Shown: positions 37,408 to 45,304 of the stretch, one piece after another
Position numbering within the stretch: position 1 is the first letter of the stretch
Layout of the letters: every line of letters starts with the position of its first letter
NCBI GenBank assembly: GCA_038064875.1
Contig: JBBTSC010000001.1
Coordinates: 699,004-763,003, forward strand
Length of the DNA: 64,000 bases
Source: Patescibacteria group bacterium
Lineage (GTDB): Bacteria; Patescibacteriota; Saccharimonadia; Saccharimonadales; 2-12-FULL-41-12
Direction: 5' to 3'
Translations under genes and position numbers: made by a program
Notes under the pieces: model-generated
What the model was told of the DNA's origin: nothing
Database searches by the model: none
Seen by the model: only the letters and a program-made list of their open reading frames with translations

Positions 37408-38322
37408 TTATGATTTTTTACGATGGAACTTTTCGTGAACGCTTTTTAGATGAGGATCAGTTATATGAGTGTAGATCTGGGTAGTTGAGATATTACTGTG
37501 TCCTAGCATTGCTTGGACTGACCTAAGATCAGCTCCGTTCATCAGAAGATCCGTTGCATAAGAGTGACGGAGTGTGTGAGGTGAAACATGCTTGGTAATT
37601 CCAGCTTTCAGCGCGTAACTTGCAACCAGCCTTTGGACACTTCTAGGTGTCAAGCGCATAAAGTTACCGGTCTGATCAATTCGTTTGACACCGCCTACTC
37701 TTGCAAAGAGTGGTGGGCTTGAATCAGTACGTTTTTCCAGGTACTTTCTTATCCAGTCGGATGCTTCTTCGCTGATAAATATAGGACGATCTTTTTGTCC
37801 CTTACCTCTTACCATAAATTCTCGGCGAACTAAATTGATATGATCACGATTAAGATTGGTAAGTTCTGATACACGAAGACCGCTAGAGAAAAGTAGTTCA
37901 AGTATCGCTCTGTCCCGAAGTCCAGCCAATGTTTCAGTATTTGGTTGAGCTAGAAGTTGCTCCATCTCATCTTGGTTTAAAAAAGTAACTTGTACTCGCT
38001 TAGTCCTAGCAAGTTCAATTTTATCCGAACTAATAACTTTTAAATCTCTCTTTGTGCAGTATTTCAAAAAACTACGGAGGGCAATTAAATGATAATTTTG
38101 AGTATTTTTTTGTAACTCCTCAGAGGTATTGGTACCAAGTCTGTTGAGCCAGAGACGCCATTTTCGGATCAATTCAGGCGTTATTTCACTAACATTAATA
38201 TCTCCCGCAAAATCTACGAGCCTGGTAAGATAATGCCTATAATTATCAATGGTTTTGAGAGATCTGTTTTGCTCAATCTCCATATGCTCTAGATATTCTT
38301 CGATCATTGATTCAAGCTTCAT
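37408..38322 (-). CDS. Tyrosine recombinase, XerC/XerD family
   Basis: N-terminal SAM-like domain. Catalytic RxxxR...HTLRHSYATDLL...LGHSNISTTQIYTH. Confidence 0.9.
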   Translation of the reverse strand: MKLESMIEEYLEHMEIEQNRSLKTIDNYRHYLTRLVDFAGDINVSEITPELIRKWRLWLNRLGTNTSEELQKNTQNYHLIALRSFLKYCTKRDLKVISSDKIELARTKRVQVTFLNQDEMEQLLAQPNTETLAGLRDRAILELLFSSGLRVSELTNLNRDHINLVRREFMVRGKGQKDRPIFISEEASDWIRKYLEKRTDSSPPLFARVGGVKRIDQTGNFMRLTPRSVQRLVASYALKAGITKHVSPHTLRHSYATDLLMNGADLRSVQAMLGHSNISTTQIYTHITDPHLKSVHEKFHRKKS

Positions 38323-38324
38323 AT

Positions 38325-38485
38325 AGTCATTCTAATCAAAATAAACAAATTATAAAAATTCTATCGCTGAGCTAGAAAGACTGTTATCTGATAGAAACAT
38401 ATCTTTTAGATATATTGAAAGAAGAAACAGTCTTTATGGCCAGCAAGAGGATATTTAGGGTTGTTTATCTTGATTTAGAATGACT
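38325..38485. other. Nested inverted-repeat intergenic element between xerC/D and ndk
   Basis: AGTCATTCTAA (38325-38335) pairs with TTAGAATGACT (38475-38485). AAAGACTGTT (38376-38385) pairs with AACAGTCTTT (38426-38435). Apical ATATCT-ttt-AGATAT. Confidence 0.3.
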
Positions 38486-38553
38486 AAAGTCATTATACTT
38501 GATTGACCTACATCTGTTATAATTAGAGCATTAGCATATAAATAGGAAAATTC

Positions 38554-39018
38554 ATGGAAAAAACATTAATAATCATTAAACCAGATGCCCTGCAAAGAGG
38601 ATTAGTCGGAGAGATAACAAGTCGTTTGGAAAAAAAAGGCCTGAAATTAATAGGTCTTAAGATGATGAGACTTGATAGCGCAATACTACAAGCTCACTAT
38701 GCTCACATTGTAGACAAGCCATTCTATAAAGGAATTGAAGATTTTATGAAGAGCTCACCAGTAGTAGTTATGGCATGGCAGGGGTTCGAGTGTATCGAAT
38801 CAGTAAGGATCTTGGTCGGCGCTACCAACCCGCGTCTCGCAGACTCCGGTAGCATCAGAGGTGATCTAGCAATTGGTCAGGGAAGAAATCTAATTCACGC
38901 ATCTGATAGCAAAGAGAGTGGCGAAGAAGAAGTGTCTAGGTTTTTTGAGAAGTCAGAGATCTTTGAGTATGAAAAGCTTGATTATGAGCATATCTATGAG
39001 CCTTACGAAAGAAAATAG
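38554..39018 (+). CDS. ndk: Nucleoside diphosphate kinase
   Basis: MEKTLIIIKPDALQRGLVGEI and the active-site NLIHASDS. Confidence 0.95.
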   Translation: MEKTLIIIKPDALQRGLVGEITSRLEKKGLKLIGLKMMRLDSAILQAHYAHIVDKPFYKGIEDFMKSSPVVVMAWQGFECIESVRILVGATNPRLADSGSIRGDLAIGQGRNLIHASDSKESGEEEVSRFFEKSEIFEYEKLDYEHIYEPYERK

Positions 39019-39019
39019 A

Positions 39020-39145
39020 CTGAAACCTGCTGTATTGGCGCATTTTGGGCGAAAATCTGCGGTTCGCACTCATCGTATTTATAATACGACTCCTTTGCGG
39101 TCCTTAATTTTCACTCCAAACTGCACTCAATACAGCAGGTTTCAG
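39020..39145 (+). other. 126-nt element closed by a perfect 18-bp stem, between ndk and tRNA-Arg
   Basis: CTGAAACCTGCTGTATTG (39020-39037) pairs with CAATACAGCAGGTTTCAG (39128-39145). Internal hairpin TCGTATT-tat-AATACGA. Confidence 0.35.
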
Positions 39146-39160
39146 GTATTAAGAAGTTTT

Positions 39161-39236
39161 GCCCTGGTAGCTCAATGGATAGAGCAATTCCGTCCTAAGG
39201 AAAAGGTTGTAGGTTCGACTCCTACCCAGGGTACCA
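39161..39236 (+). tRNA. tRNA-Arg (anticodon CCU), CCA encoded
   Basis: Cloverleaf by hand: GCCCTGG/CCAGGGT acceptor, GCTC/GAGC D-stem, anticodon loop GTCCTAA, T-arm GTAGG-TTCGACT-CCTAC. Confidence 0.9.
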
Positions 39237-39264
39237 TCTAAGATGAAGGTTAAAATTTAGGGCA

Positions 39265-39804
39265 ATGAAACATTTTAGAGATCAGCTAGAGGACGAAGAA
39301 GTTCTGTTTGTTTTCCGCAAGCATCCTGTTGTTATGAGAAGAGGGCTTATATATGCATCGATTGCTCTACTTCTAGGGGTTATCCCATCAATAATCAAGC
39401 CAGAATACAGTGTATTGGTAATAGGGTTCTTAGTAGGAATTGTTTTATCCATCGCTGTTATGTTGCCATTTTGGATAACATGGTATTACAGTATTTTTAT
39501 TGTCACCGACCAAAGATTTGTTCAATTAACTCAAAAAGGCCTCTGGAACAGAAGTGTAGTTGATATAGCTTTGCCACAAATACAGATGGTCAATTATGAA
39601 GTAAAAGGCCTAGAGGAAACTGTGCTTGGATTTGGTACAATAATGATGCAGACATTTGTTGGCGACCTGGTAATTCATGATATTCATCACCCAGAGTCTA
39701 TCCAGAAGTCAATGCTCAAAGTACTGAGAGAAAAGGGTATCATCGGCGGTACGAACACTAATTTTAACAGAGGGAATAATGAAGCGATTCAAGAAGATAA
39801 TTAA
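39265..39804 (+). CDS. Membrane protein with bacterial PH (YdbS/T-like) domain
   Basis: Two TM segments followed by DQRFVQLTQKGLWNRSVVDIALPQI...GFGTIMMQT. Confidence 0.55.
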   Translation: MKHFRDQLEDEEVLFVFRKHPVVMRRGLIYASIALLLGVIPSIIKPEYSVLVIGFLVGIVLSIAVMLPFWITWYYSIFIVTDQRFVQLTQKGLWNRSVVDIALPQIQMVNYEVKGLEETVLGFGTIMMQTFVGDLVIHDIHHPESIQKSMLKVLREKGIIGGTNTNFNRGNNEAIQEDN

Positions 39805-40819
39805 GAAAAATCCAACAGATAACACAGCAGATCAGTCTGAAAAAAGAATTACTAATGACAATTTAGCTCAACATCGTGAGGAAATAATAGGTGCTGGCCG
39901 TAAGTTCAAGTACCCACTTGCCGTGACAAAAAATCGTCTTGTAGCTATTTCGTTGATGGTAGCTCTTGTAGCTGTTATTGTACTTTTTACTACCGTCACA
40001 GTATTGCTATATAAGACCCAGAGCACTGCTCCTTATCTTCAGAAGGTTACGAGAGTAGTTCCATTCCCAATCGCTCGGATAGGATCTGATTTTGTCTCAT
40101 ATGAAGATTATCTATTTGAAGTAAATCACTATGCCTACTACTACAAGAATCAGCAAAAACTTGATTTCAATAGTGAGTCAGGTAAAGAACAGATAAAAGA
40201 GTACAAAAAAAGAGCTTTCGACAAGATTATAAATGATGCCTACGTAAAGCAAATAGCTGAGCAAAATAACATAACAGTATCTGATAAAGAAGTTGACCAG
40301 ACACTTTCTATCCTAAAATCACAAAATAGACTTGGTGCTAGTGATGAAGAATTTCAGACCACGCTTCGCGAGTATTGGGATTGGTCAGTTAACGATTTCA
40401 AGAGAAGCCTCAGACTTCAAATCCTTAACCAAAAGGTACTAGAACATTTAGACAAAGACACCAGAGCTAAAGCTGATGATGCCTACTCTAAATTACAATC
40501 AGGGACGCCGTTTGATCAGTTAGCAACACAGGTGTCTGAAGATTCAGTCACGAAATCTCAGGGTGGGCTCATAGGGTTGGTAGACAAGAGCAATAAAGAT
40601 ATCTCGCCGTTCACCGTTGATGCCATCTACAAACTCCAACCAGCTCAATACTCAAAACCTATCAATATTGGCTACGGACTTGAAATAGTAAGGAATAACG
40701 AAAAATCTGGCGACAAGATAAAAGCCTCACATATAGTCTTTAACTTTAAAGCCATGAGCGACTTCCTCAACCCCATAAAAGAGCAAAATAAAGCCCGCCT
40801 CTACATCTCAAATAAATAA
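39779..40819 (+). CDS. Membrane-anchored parvulin-type peptidyl-prolyl isomerase (PrsA/PpiD-like)
   Basis: N-terminal TM, SurA-N-like helical region, PpiC segment SEDSVTKSQGGLIGLV...YGLEIV. Confidence 0.7.
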   Translation: MKRFKKIIKKNPTDNTADQSEKRITNDNLAQHREEIIGAGRKFKYPLAVTKNRLVAISLMVALVAVIVLFTTVTVLLYKTQSTAPYLQKVTRVVPFPIARIGSDFVSYEDYLFEVNHYAYYYKNQQKLDFNSESGKEQIKEYKKRAFDKIINDAYVKQIAEQNNITVSDKEVDQTLSILKSQNRLGASDEEFQTTLREYWDWSVNDFKRSLRLQILNQKVLEHLDKDTRAKADDAYSKLQSGTPFDQLATQVSEDSVTKSQGGLIGLVDKSNKDISPFTVDAIYKLQPAQYSKPINIGYGLEIVRNNEKSGDKIKASHIVFNFKAMSDFLNPIKEQNKARLYISNK

Positions 40820-40830
40820 AGCAAGGATCA

Positions 40831-41130
40831 TCAGCTTTTGTCTTCATTTCTAATGACCAGCTCTTGAATTTCTGGCCAATGCTCGCAGTCTGTTTTTTCT
40901 AACTGAGTAGGAAATGGCTGTCTGTGTCCCGGTAAACGCGATATAAGTCCCAGTTCTTCTAAAAATTTTAGATGTGGATGGGCATTAACATGGAGTTGTA
41001 TCGATATTTCTTGACCAAAGAATAATGTGCCTATCTCCATCTCTGCGATTCGACCCACAACAAGTCTTCTGACGGTAGAGCGAGATAGTTTACGCTCTAG
41101 TTCTTCAAAATTTAAATTTGGCTCGTCCAT
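40831..41130 (-). CDS. Hypothetical protein (99 aa)
   Basis: Clean ORF starting 13 nt downstream of the end of 41144-41467. No recognised family. Confidence 0.45.
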   Translation of the reverse strand: MDEPNLNFEELERKLSRSTVRRLVVGRIAEMEIGTLFFGQEISIQLHVNAHPHLKFLEELGLISRLPGHRQPFPTQLEKTDCEHWPEIQELVIRNEDKS

Positions 41131-41143
41131 AAAATACAGACCT

Positions 41144-41467
41144 CTATTGCTGTTCGATCAGTCTTAGCATCTGGAGTGCAGATACTGCACGTTCAGGGTC
41201 ATTAACTCGGACAATATGACCTATCAGATCGGGCCGATCAACTACTTCTTCAACGTCAACTTTTCGTCCAAGAACCAGCTCTGTCGCAATGTGTCTGTTC
41301 AGGGGATTTCTTGTATCCCATAGGCTTCTTGCTTTTGTAGCTACATCTTCAACAAAGGGGCCATGTACAGTATCAAACTCATATCCTTCGTATGAACGAA
41401 GAATGCATGGATCAATAGCGCCCTCCATACGGGTTTTTACAGGATCTACACTCTTAATTTCTGTCAT
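41144..41467 (-). CDS. Hypothetical protein (107 aa)
   Basis: Start taken at MTEIKSVD (ATG 41467). No recognised family. Confidence 0.45.
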   Translation of the reverse strand: MTEIKSVDPVKTRMEGAIDPCILRSYEGYEFDTVHGPFVEDVATKARSLWDTRNPLNRHIATELVLGRKVDVEEVVDRPDLIGHIVRVNDPERAVSALQMLRLIEQQ

Positions 41468-41541
41468 AGAAGTAAATCTTAAAACTATCATCAAGAAATG
41501 TCAATTATTATCCGGCAGTTCCTAAGTGTTCCAAAAGTAAA

Positions 41542-41624
41542 GCGACCTAAGATTCTTAAAATAATAAAAATGATAGGTCGCAGGTACCCAAGAGGAGACA
41601 ACGTATTATCTCAGACTCTTGGGT
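41542..41624 (-). terminator. Tandem hairpins downstream of the zinc-finger gene
   Basis: ACCCAAGAG/CTCTTGGGT (41586-41624) and GCGACCTA/TAGGTCGC (41542-41581), followed on the minus strand by TTTACTTTTGG. Confidence 0.45.
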
Positions 41625-41659
41625 GAAGCTGTGTGCTTCCGTCTCTTCGGGATGTGCTC

Positions 41660-41974
41660 TCAGGTCGTAGCGACGACTTCTGCTTCTGGAATCTCTTTGA
41701 GAAAGTCTTGATAAGACAATTTCTCGCCGACAGGGCCAGTACCGAAGGCGATGAACTTGCCAGCTGAACGCTGAACTGTCTGTACGTCTTCGCACTTGAC
41801 TCTTCCGGTGTAGGGGATGAACGTGATGGTTCTTGCTCCTGTTCCTTCACAGTCGAGGCAGATGACCGCTACGCCAGGTGGCTCTGCCATCCCTTTATAT
41901 AACCCAGTGCCTCCGCAGGAAGTGCACTTTGCTTGAACTTCTTGCTGTTGCTCTTGCTGTTGTTGGGTCGCCAT
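41660..41974 (-). CDS. Small protein with DnaJ-type CxxCxGxG zinc-finger repeats
   Basis: CTSCGGTG and CLDCEGTG. Start at ATG 41974, preceded by AAGAGGAG. Noticeably more GC-rich than its neighbours. Confidence 0.55.
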   Translation of the reverse strand: MATQQQQEQQQEVQAKCTSCGGTGLYKGMAEPPGVAVICLDCEGTGARTITFIPYTGRVKCEDVQTVQRSAGKFIAFGTGPVGEKLSYQDFLKEIPEAEVVATT

Positions 41975-42079
41975 GATTGGCTCCTCTTTGTTGTAGATTT
42001 CCTGAGACGGACACAACTCTCACCATCAAGGTGCGTATATAATCATACAATAAAAAACTAAAAAATCAATTTCAAAAAA

Positions 42080-42155
42080 TGGCGGGCTCGACCGGGTTCG
42101 AACCGGCGATCTCCTCCGTGACAGGGAGGCGTGATAACCACTTCACTACGAGCCC
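42080..42155 (-). tRNA. tRNA-Asp (anticodon GUC), CCA encoded
   Basis: GGGCTCG...CCTCC-CTGTCAC-GGAGG...GCCGG-TTCGAAC-CCGGT-CGAGCCC-G-CCA. Confidence 0.92.
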
Positions 42156-42233
42156 ATCAAAATAACTTGATCAGTTAATCGTATCAAAAACAGAGGTAAA
42201 TATCAAATATTTCTAGAGTTTCGCACCTCTTTT

Positions 42234-42242
42234 TGCTATAAT
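42234..42242 (+). promoter_or_regulatory. Extended -10 (TGCTATAAT) 11 nt upstream of ATG 42254
   Basis: TGnTATAAT with no SD. Confidence 0.4.
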
Positions 42243-42253
42243 CAGATTAAATT

Positions 42254-42604
42254 ATGCGAGCAACAAACACATTTTTTCATGATCGGATTGTATTGTTCTT
42301 TTTGACGGTCAATACGTTTTTGTTTGTCGTCTATGAAATTTTCAACGCAATCAACTTTGACTCCAATGCCAATTATTTCATTCAGTACAGATCAGGCGCT
42401 AGCGTTGACGAATATAAGTCAGGTAATGGAACAGACCTTATATATTTTTCACTGTTTGTAGCTTTCGTATATTTTGCCCAGTTTATCCTCAGCAAGAGGA
42501 TGTATAAAGATCAAAAGCATGCTTCGTGGGCCATAATGTTCTCATCAACGCTCATATTAGTAATGACCTTCTTAGTTACATGGGCATTATTTAAATTGCG
42601 CTAA
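42254..42604 (+). CDS. Hypothetical polytopic membrane protein (116 aa)
   Basis: 3-4 hydrophobic spans. TAATG overlap with the downstream glycosyltransferase. Confidence 0.5.
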   Translation: MRATNTFFHDRIVLFFLTVNTFLFVVYEIFNAINFDSNANYFIQYRSGASVDEYKSGNGTDLIYFSLFVAFVYFAQFILSKRMYKDQKHASWAIMFSSTLILVMTFLVTWALFKLR

Positions 42605-44184
42605 TGAAAAACATAGAAATTCCTCTACAAGCCGAAAAAACCAAAAAATATATTTTTTTTGAAAAATTACCCGCACTTTTATCATGGTCTTTGATATTTC
42701 TGCCACTCGTACTTAGCCAAATTAGCCCACCATTAACAGCTTTGTTTATATTATCTTATTTGCTCATGTGGTTTGCCAGAGCTGTCGGGATGAACATAAG
42801 AGTTCTGCATGCCTGGAAAGTGCTCAATGAGCACCAGAGGCAAAATTGGAGTATTCTGCTTAGTGATCTTGAGAAACGTGACATTTCTCCTGATCAGCCG
42901 AAATGGCACAGCAGGAACATCCAGCGTCTTGAGAAATATCCTGCAAAATTCAAACCCAGCGAAGTATTACATGGCATTATCATAGCGGTTTATAACGAGA
43001 GCATCGAAATTATAGAGCCAACTATAAAAGCAGTAATAGACTCCAACTTTGATAAAAAGAAGATAGTTCTAACAGTTGCATACGAAGAAAGAGGTGGTAA
43101 AGAAGTAGAGGAGACTGTTAAAAAGTTAGTTAGCAAATATAAAAGTCACTTTTTGATGGCAGATGCATACATGCATCCCATGGATCTACCAGATGAAGTC
43201 ATTGGCAAGGGTGGAAATATAAACTTCGCAGGTCGTAAGTTGCAGGCTTGGTTTGAAACTCAAAACATAGATCCAGCCAGGGTTTTGATCACTACTCTTG
43301 ATGCTGATAATCGGCCTCATCCTAACTATTTTGCGAGCTTGACCTATACTTTCTGTCTCTGTCCAGAGCCAAAATACATATCATTTCAGCCTACACCCGT
43401 ATTTAGTAATAACATTTGGGATGTTCCTGCTCCTATGAGGGTTATAGCGACCGGTAACTCCTTTTGGATGGTTGTTCTATCGATGAGAACACATATGCTA
43501 CGCAACTTTAGCTCTCATGCTCAACCATTAGATGCACTGATAGAAACAGATTTTTGGAGTAGTAGGACAATAGTAGAAGATGGCCACCAATACTGGCGAT
43601 CTTACTTTAGATTCAATGGAAAATACGAAGTTTATCCTGTTTATTCAAGTATTTACCAAGATGCAGTTTTATCAGATACCTATCGCAAAACTTTGAGAGC
43701 TCAGTTCATACAACTCAGGAGGTGGGCTTGGGGTGCTTCAGATATAGCCTATGTCTTTCAAAAAGGCTTTCTTACCAAGAATAAAGTTCCAAAACTTGAT
43801 CTAGCCACTAAATTATTCAGATTGATCGAGGGCCATGTCAGCTGGGCTACAGCTCCGATAATAGTTACATTTGCCGCTTTTATACCTATTTTATTCAATC
43901 CTGAGGATATTGCGGCCAATCAGTTACCAAATATTGCTAGCTATATACAAAGAATAGCTACCTTAGGTCTTATTATCACAATGTATTTGAGCTTTAAGTC
44001 TTTGCCACCCAAGCCCGCCAGGTATAAAAAGCACAGAAATATATTTTTAGTCCTTCAGTGGGCACTCCTGCCAATCACTGGTATTTTCTATAATGCTATG
44101 TCCGCGCAGGTGTCCCAAAACAGATTGTTATTCGGCAGATATCTAGACAAATTTGACGTTACCCAGAAATCAATCAAGAAATAA
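42604..44184 (+). CDS. Membrane-embedded family-2 glycosyltransferase with processive-synthase motifs
   Basis: IIIAVYNES, TLDADNRPH (DxD) and QLRRWAWG (QxxRW). TM segments flank the catalytic domain. Confidence 0.75.
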   Translation: MKNIEIPLQAEKTKKYIFFEKLPALLSWSLIFLPLVLSQISPPLTALFILSYLLMWFARAVGMNIRVLHAWKVLNEHQRQNWSILLSDLEKRDISPDQPKWHSRNIQRLEKYPAKFKPSEVLHGIIIAVYNESIEIIEPTIKAVIDSNFDKKKIVLTVAYEERGGKEVEETVKKLVSKYKSHFLMADAYMHPMDLPDEVIGKGGNINFAGRKLQAWFETQNIDPARVLITTLDADNRPHPNYFASLTYTFCLCPEPKYISFQPTPVFSNNIWDVPAPMRVIATGNSFWMVVLSMRTHMLRNFSSHAQPLDALIETDFWSSRTIVEDGHQYWRSYFRFNGKYEVYPVYSSIYQDAVLSDTYRKTLRAQFIQLRRWAWGASDIAYVFQKGFLTKNKVPKLDLATKLFRLIEGHVSWATAPIIVTFAAFIPILFNPEDIAANQLPNIASYIQRIATLGLIITMYLSFKSLPPKPARYKKHRNIFLVLQWALLPITGIFYNAMSAQVSQNRLLFGRYLDKFDVTQKSIKK

Positions 44185-44189
44185 CTGTT

Positions 44190-44594
44190 TTAATCTTTGT
44201 GGTGGGCGACATAGCTCACATAAGCTACATCGTCGAACCTCTGTAGAATATCGGCTATGACTCTTCTGAGCGCTTCTTTTTTGATAATGCCGTTATCTTG
44301 CTGGTTGCAGATTCTATCAATAACAGTGTCGGTTATGCCACGTGAGTCATAAGTAGGGTCTTTTCTGTGCGTCATTGACTTAAATACGCTCACAAACACC
44401 TTATCAGCTATAAAGGGGCTAATTTGGCCATTTCTGTGCTGTACAGCTATAGAAAGCGCATAATCGGGTAGTTCTCTAGTAGTAAATACCGCCTTACAGG
44501 AGGAACACTTGTGTCGACGCCAGGTTCTTGGTGATGAATTTGAACTACGGGTTATCGCTGTCGATGTCTTTTGACCACAATATATACATACCAT
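44190..44594 (-). CDS. nrdR: NrdR-like transcriptional repressor (zinc ribbon plus ATP-cone)
   Basis: MVCIYCGQ...CSSCKAVFTTRE zinc ribbon followed by an ATP-cone-length domain. Start at ATG 44594. Confidence 0.7.
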   Translation of the reverse strand: MVCIYCGQKTSTAITRSSNSSPRTWRRHKCSSCKAVFTTRELPDYALSIAVQHRNGQISPFIADKVFVSVFKSMTHRKDPTYDSRGITDTVIDRICNQQDNGIIKKEALRRVIADILQRFDDVAYVSYVAHHKD

Positions 44595-44721
44595 GTACAC
44601 ATATTGACATACAGCTATATAAAATGCTAGTGGATAAACCATAATTAACTGTGCATTACTTAAGAAAAGTGATGATACTAGGGGTAAATAACATCTTACA
44701 ATCAGCTCTGGAAATTAAAGT

Positions 44722-44750
44722 GCCCCCTCCGGTATTCAGAGGGGGCTTTT
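44722..44750. terminator. GC-rich hairpin terminator between tRNA-Val and nrdR
   Basis: GCCCCCTC-cggtattca-GAGGGGGC-TTTT. T-rich flanks in both orientations. Confidence 0.55.
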
Positions 44751-44915
44751 GGTTGTCTTTAACTAAATTTACTTGTCGAGTTCTTCGTAAAATAGATCAA
44801 ACTCGTCAAGTATCTTGACGTCTGTACTCACCAAACACTCCTGTTTAACTGAATTATATTAACATAAAGAAAAAATAATGTCAATACTTATGTTTAGCAC
44901 AGACAGCATATACAC

Positions 44916-44992
44916 TGGTGGGCGATAGAGGATTCGAACCTCTCACCTCCACAACGTCAATGTGGCGCTCTAGCCAAATGAGCTAATCGCCC
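44916..44992 (-). tRNA. tRNA-Val (anticodon GAC), CCA encoded
   Basis: GGGCGAT...CCACA-TTGACGT-TGTGG...AGAGG-TTCGAAT-CCTCT-ATCGCCC-A-CCA. Confidence 0.92.
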
Positions 44993-45136
44993 AGCGTGAG
45001 TAACAGATATAATATCACACATGCAATGACTAGTTAAGGTGTTAACCACATTTCCCCAGAACCAGTGTAAATATAACAATATAATAGTACTAGCTTTATA
45101 ATACCATTATTGCTATCATAGTTCTTGTTGGTGGGT

Positions 45137-45270
45137 TTTGCGATGTGTCAGTGTATAAACTCTGGCAGTGAGTCTCAAGCAGACTTTATCGCAAATTTAA
45201 GCGTTTGTCCCAGAATCAAGTATTACTTTTGCGAGGATACTTGATCATCAAAAGGGCAGGCGCTTTTTTA
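45137..45270 (+). promoter_or_regulatory. Structured leader with terminator-like stem and U-tract upstream of thrS
   Basis: Three-way junction: P1 TTTGCGAT/ATCGCAAA enclosing TGTCAG/CTGGCA and AGTCT/AGACT. Then a long bipartite stem (AAGCGTTTGTCCC..ATCAAGTAT/ATACTTGAT..GGGCAGGCGCTT) followed by TTTTTTAT, 34 nt before the ATG. Confidence 0.4.
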
Positions 45271-45304
45271 TTTGTCTCAAGTCAAGTAAAATAACAGGTA
45301 ATAT

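Noticed and set aside
38918-39241. A 107-aa ORF spanning the ndk 3' end, the 18-bp-stem element and tRNA-Arg.
   Set aside because: It overlaps a confidently folded tRNA and the ndk coding frame. Its translation has no protein-like features.
41556-41850. Two 79-aa ORFs overlapping the zinc-finger gene in other frames.
   Set aside because: These are shadow ORFs caused by the locally higher GC content. The frame with CxxCxGxG repeats and a strong AAGAGGAG SD is the real gene.
40831-42155. A tRNA-Asp-associated genomic island.
   Set aside because: There is no integrase and no direct repeat of the tRNA 3' end at the distal boundary. Only the composition shift is reported, as a low-confidence finding.
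45125-45145. TGGTGGGTTTTGCG, resembling the T-box core (GGTGGTACCGCG) upstream of thrS.
   Set aside because: It is in the wrong position, at the 5' end of the leader rather than the 5' strand of an antiterminator next to the terminator. No Stem I specifier-loop architecture is recognisable. The region is retained only as an unknown leader.
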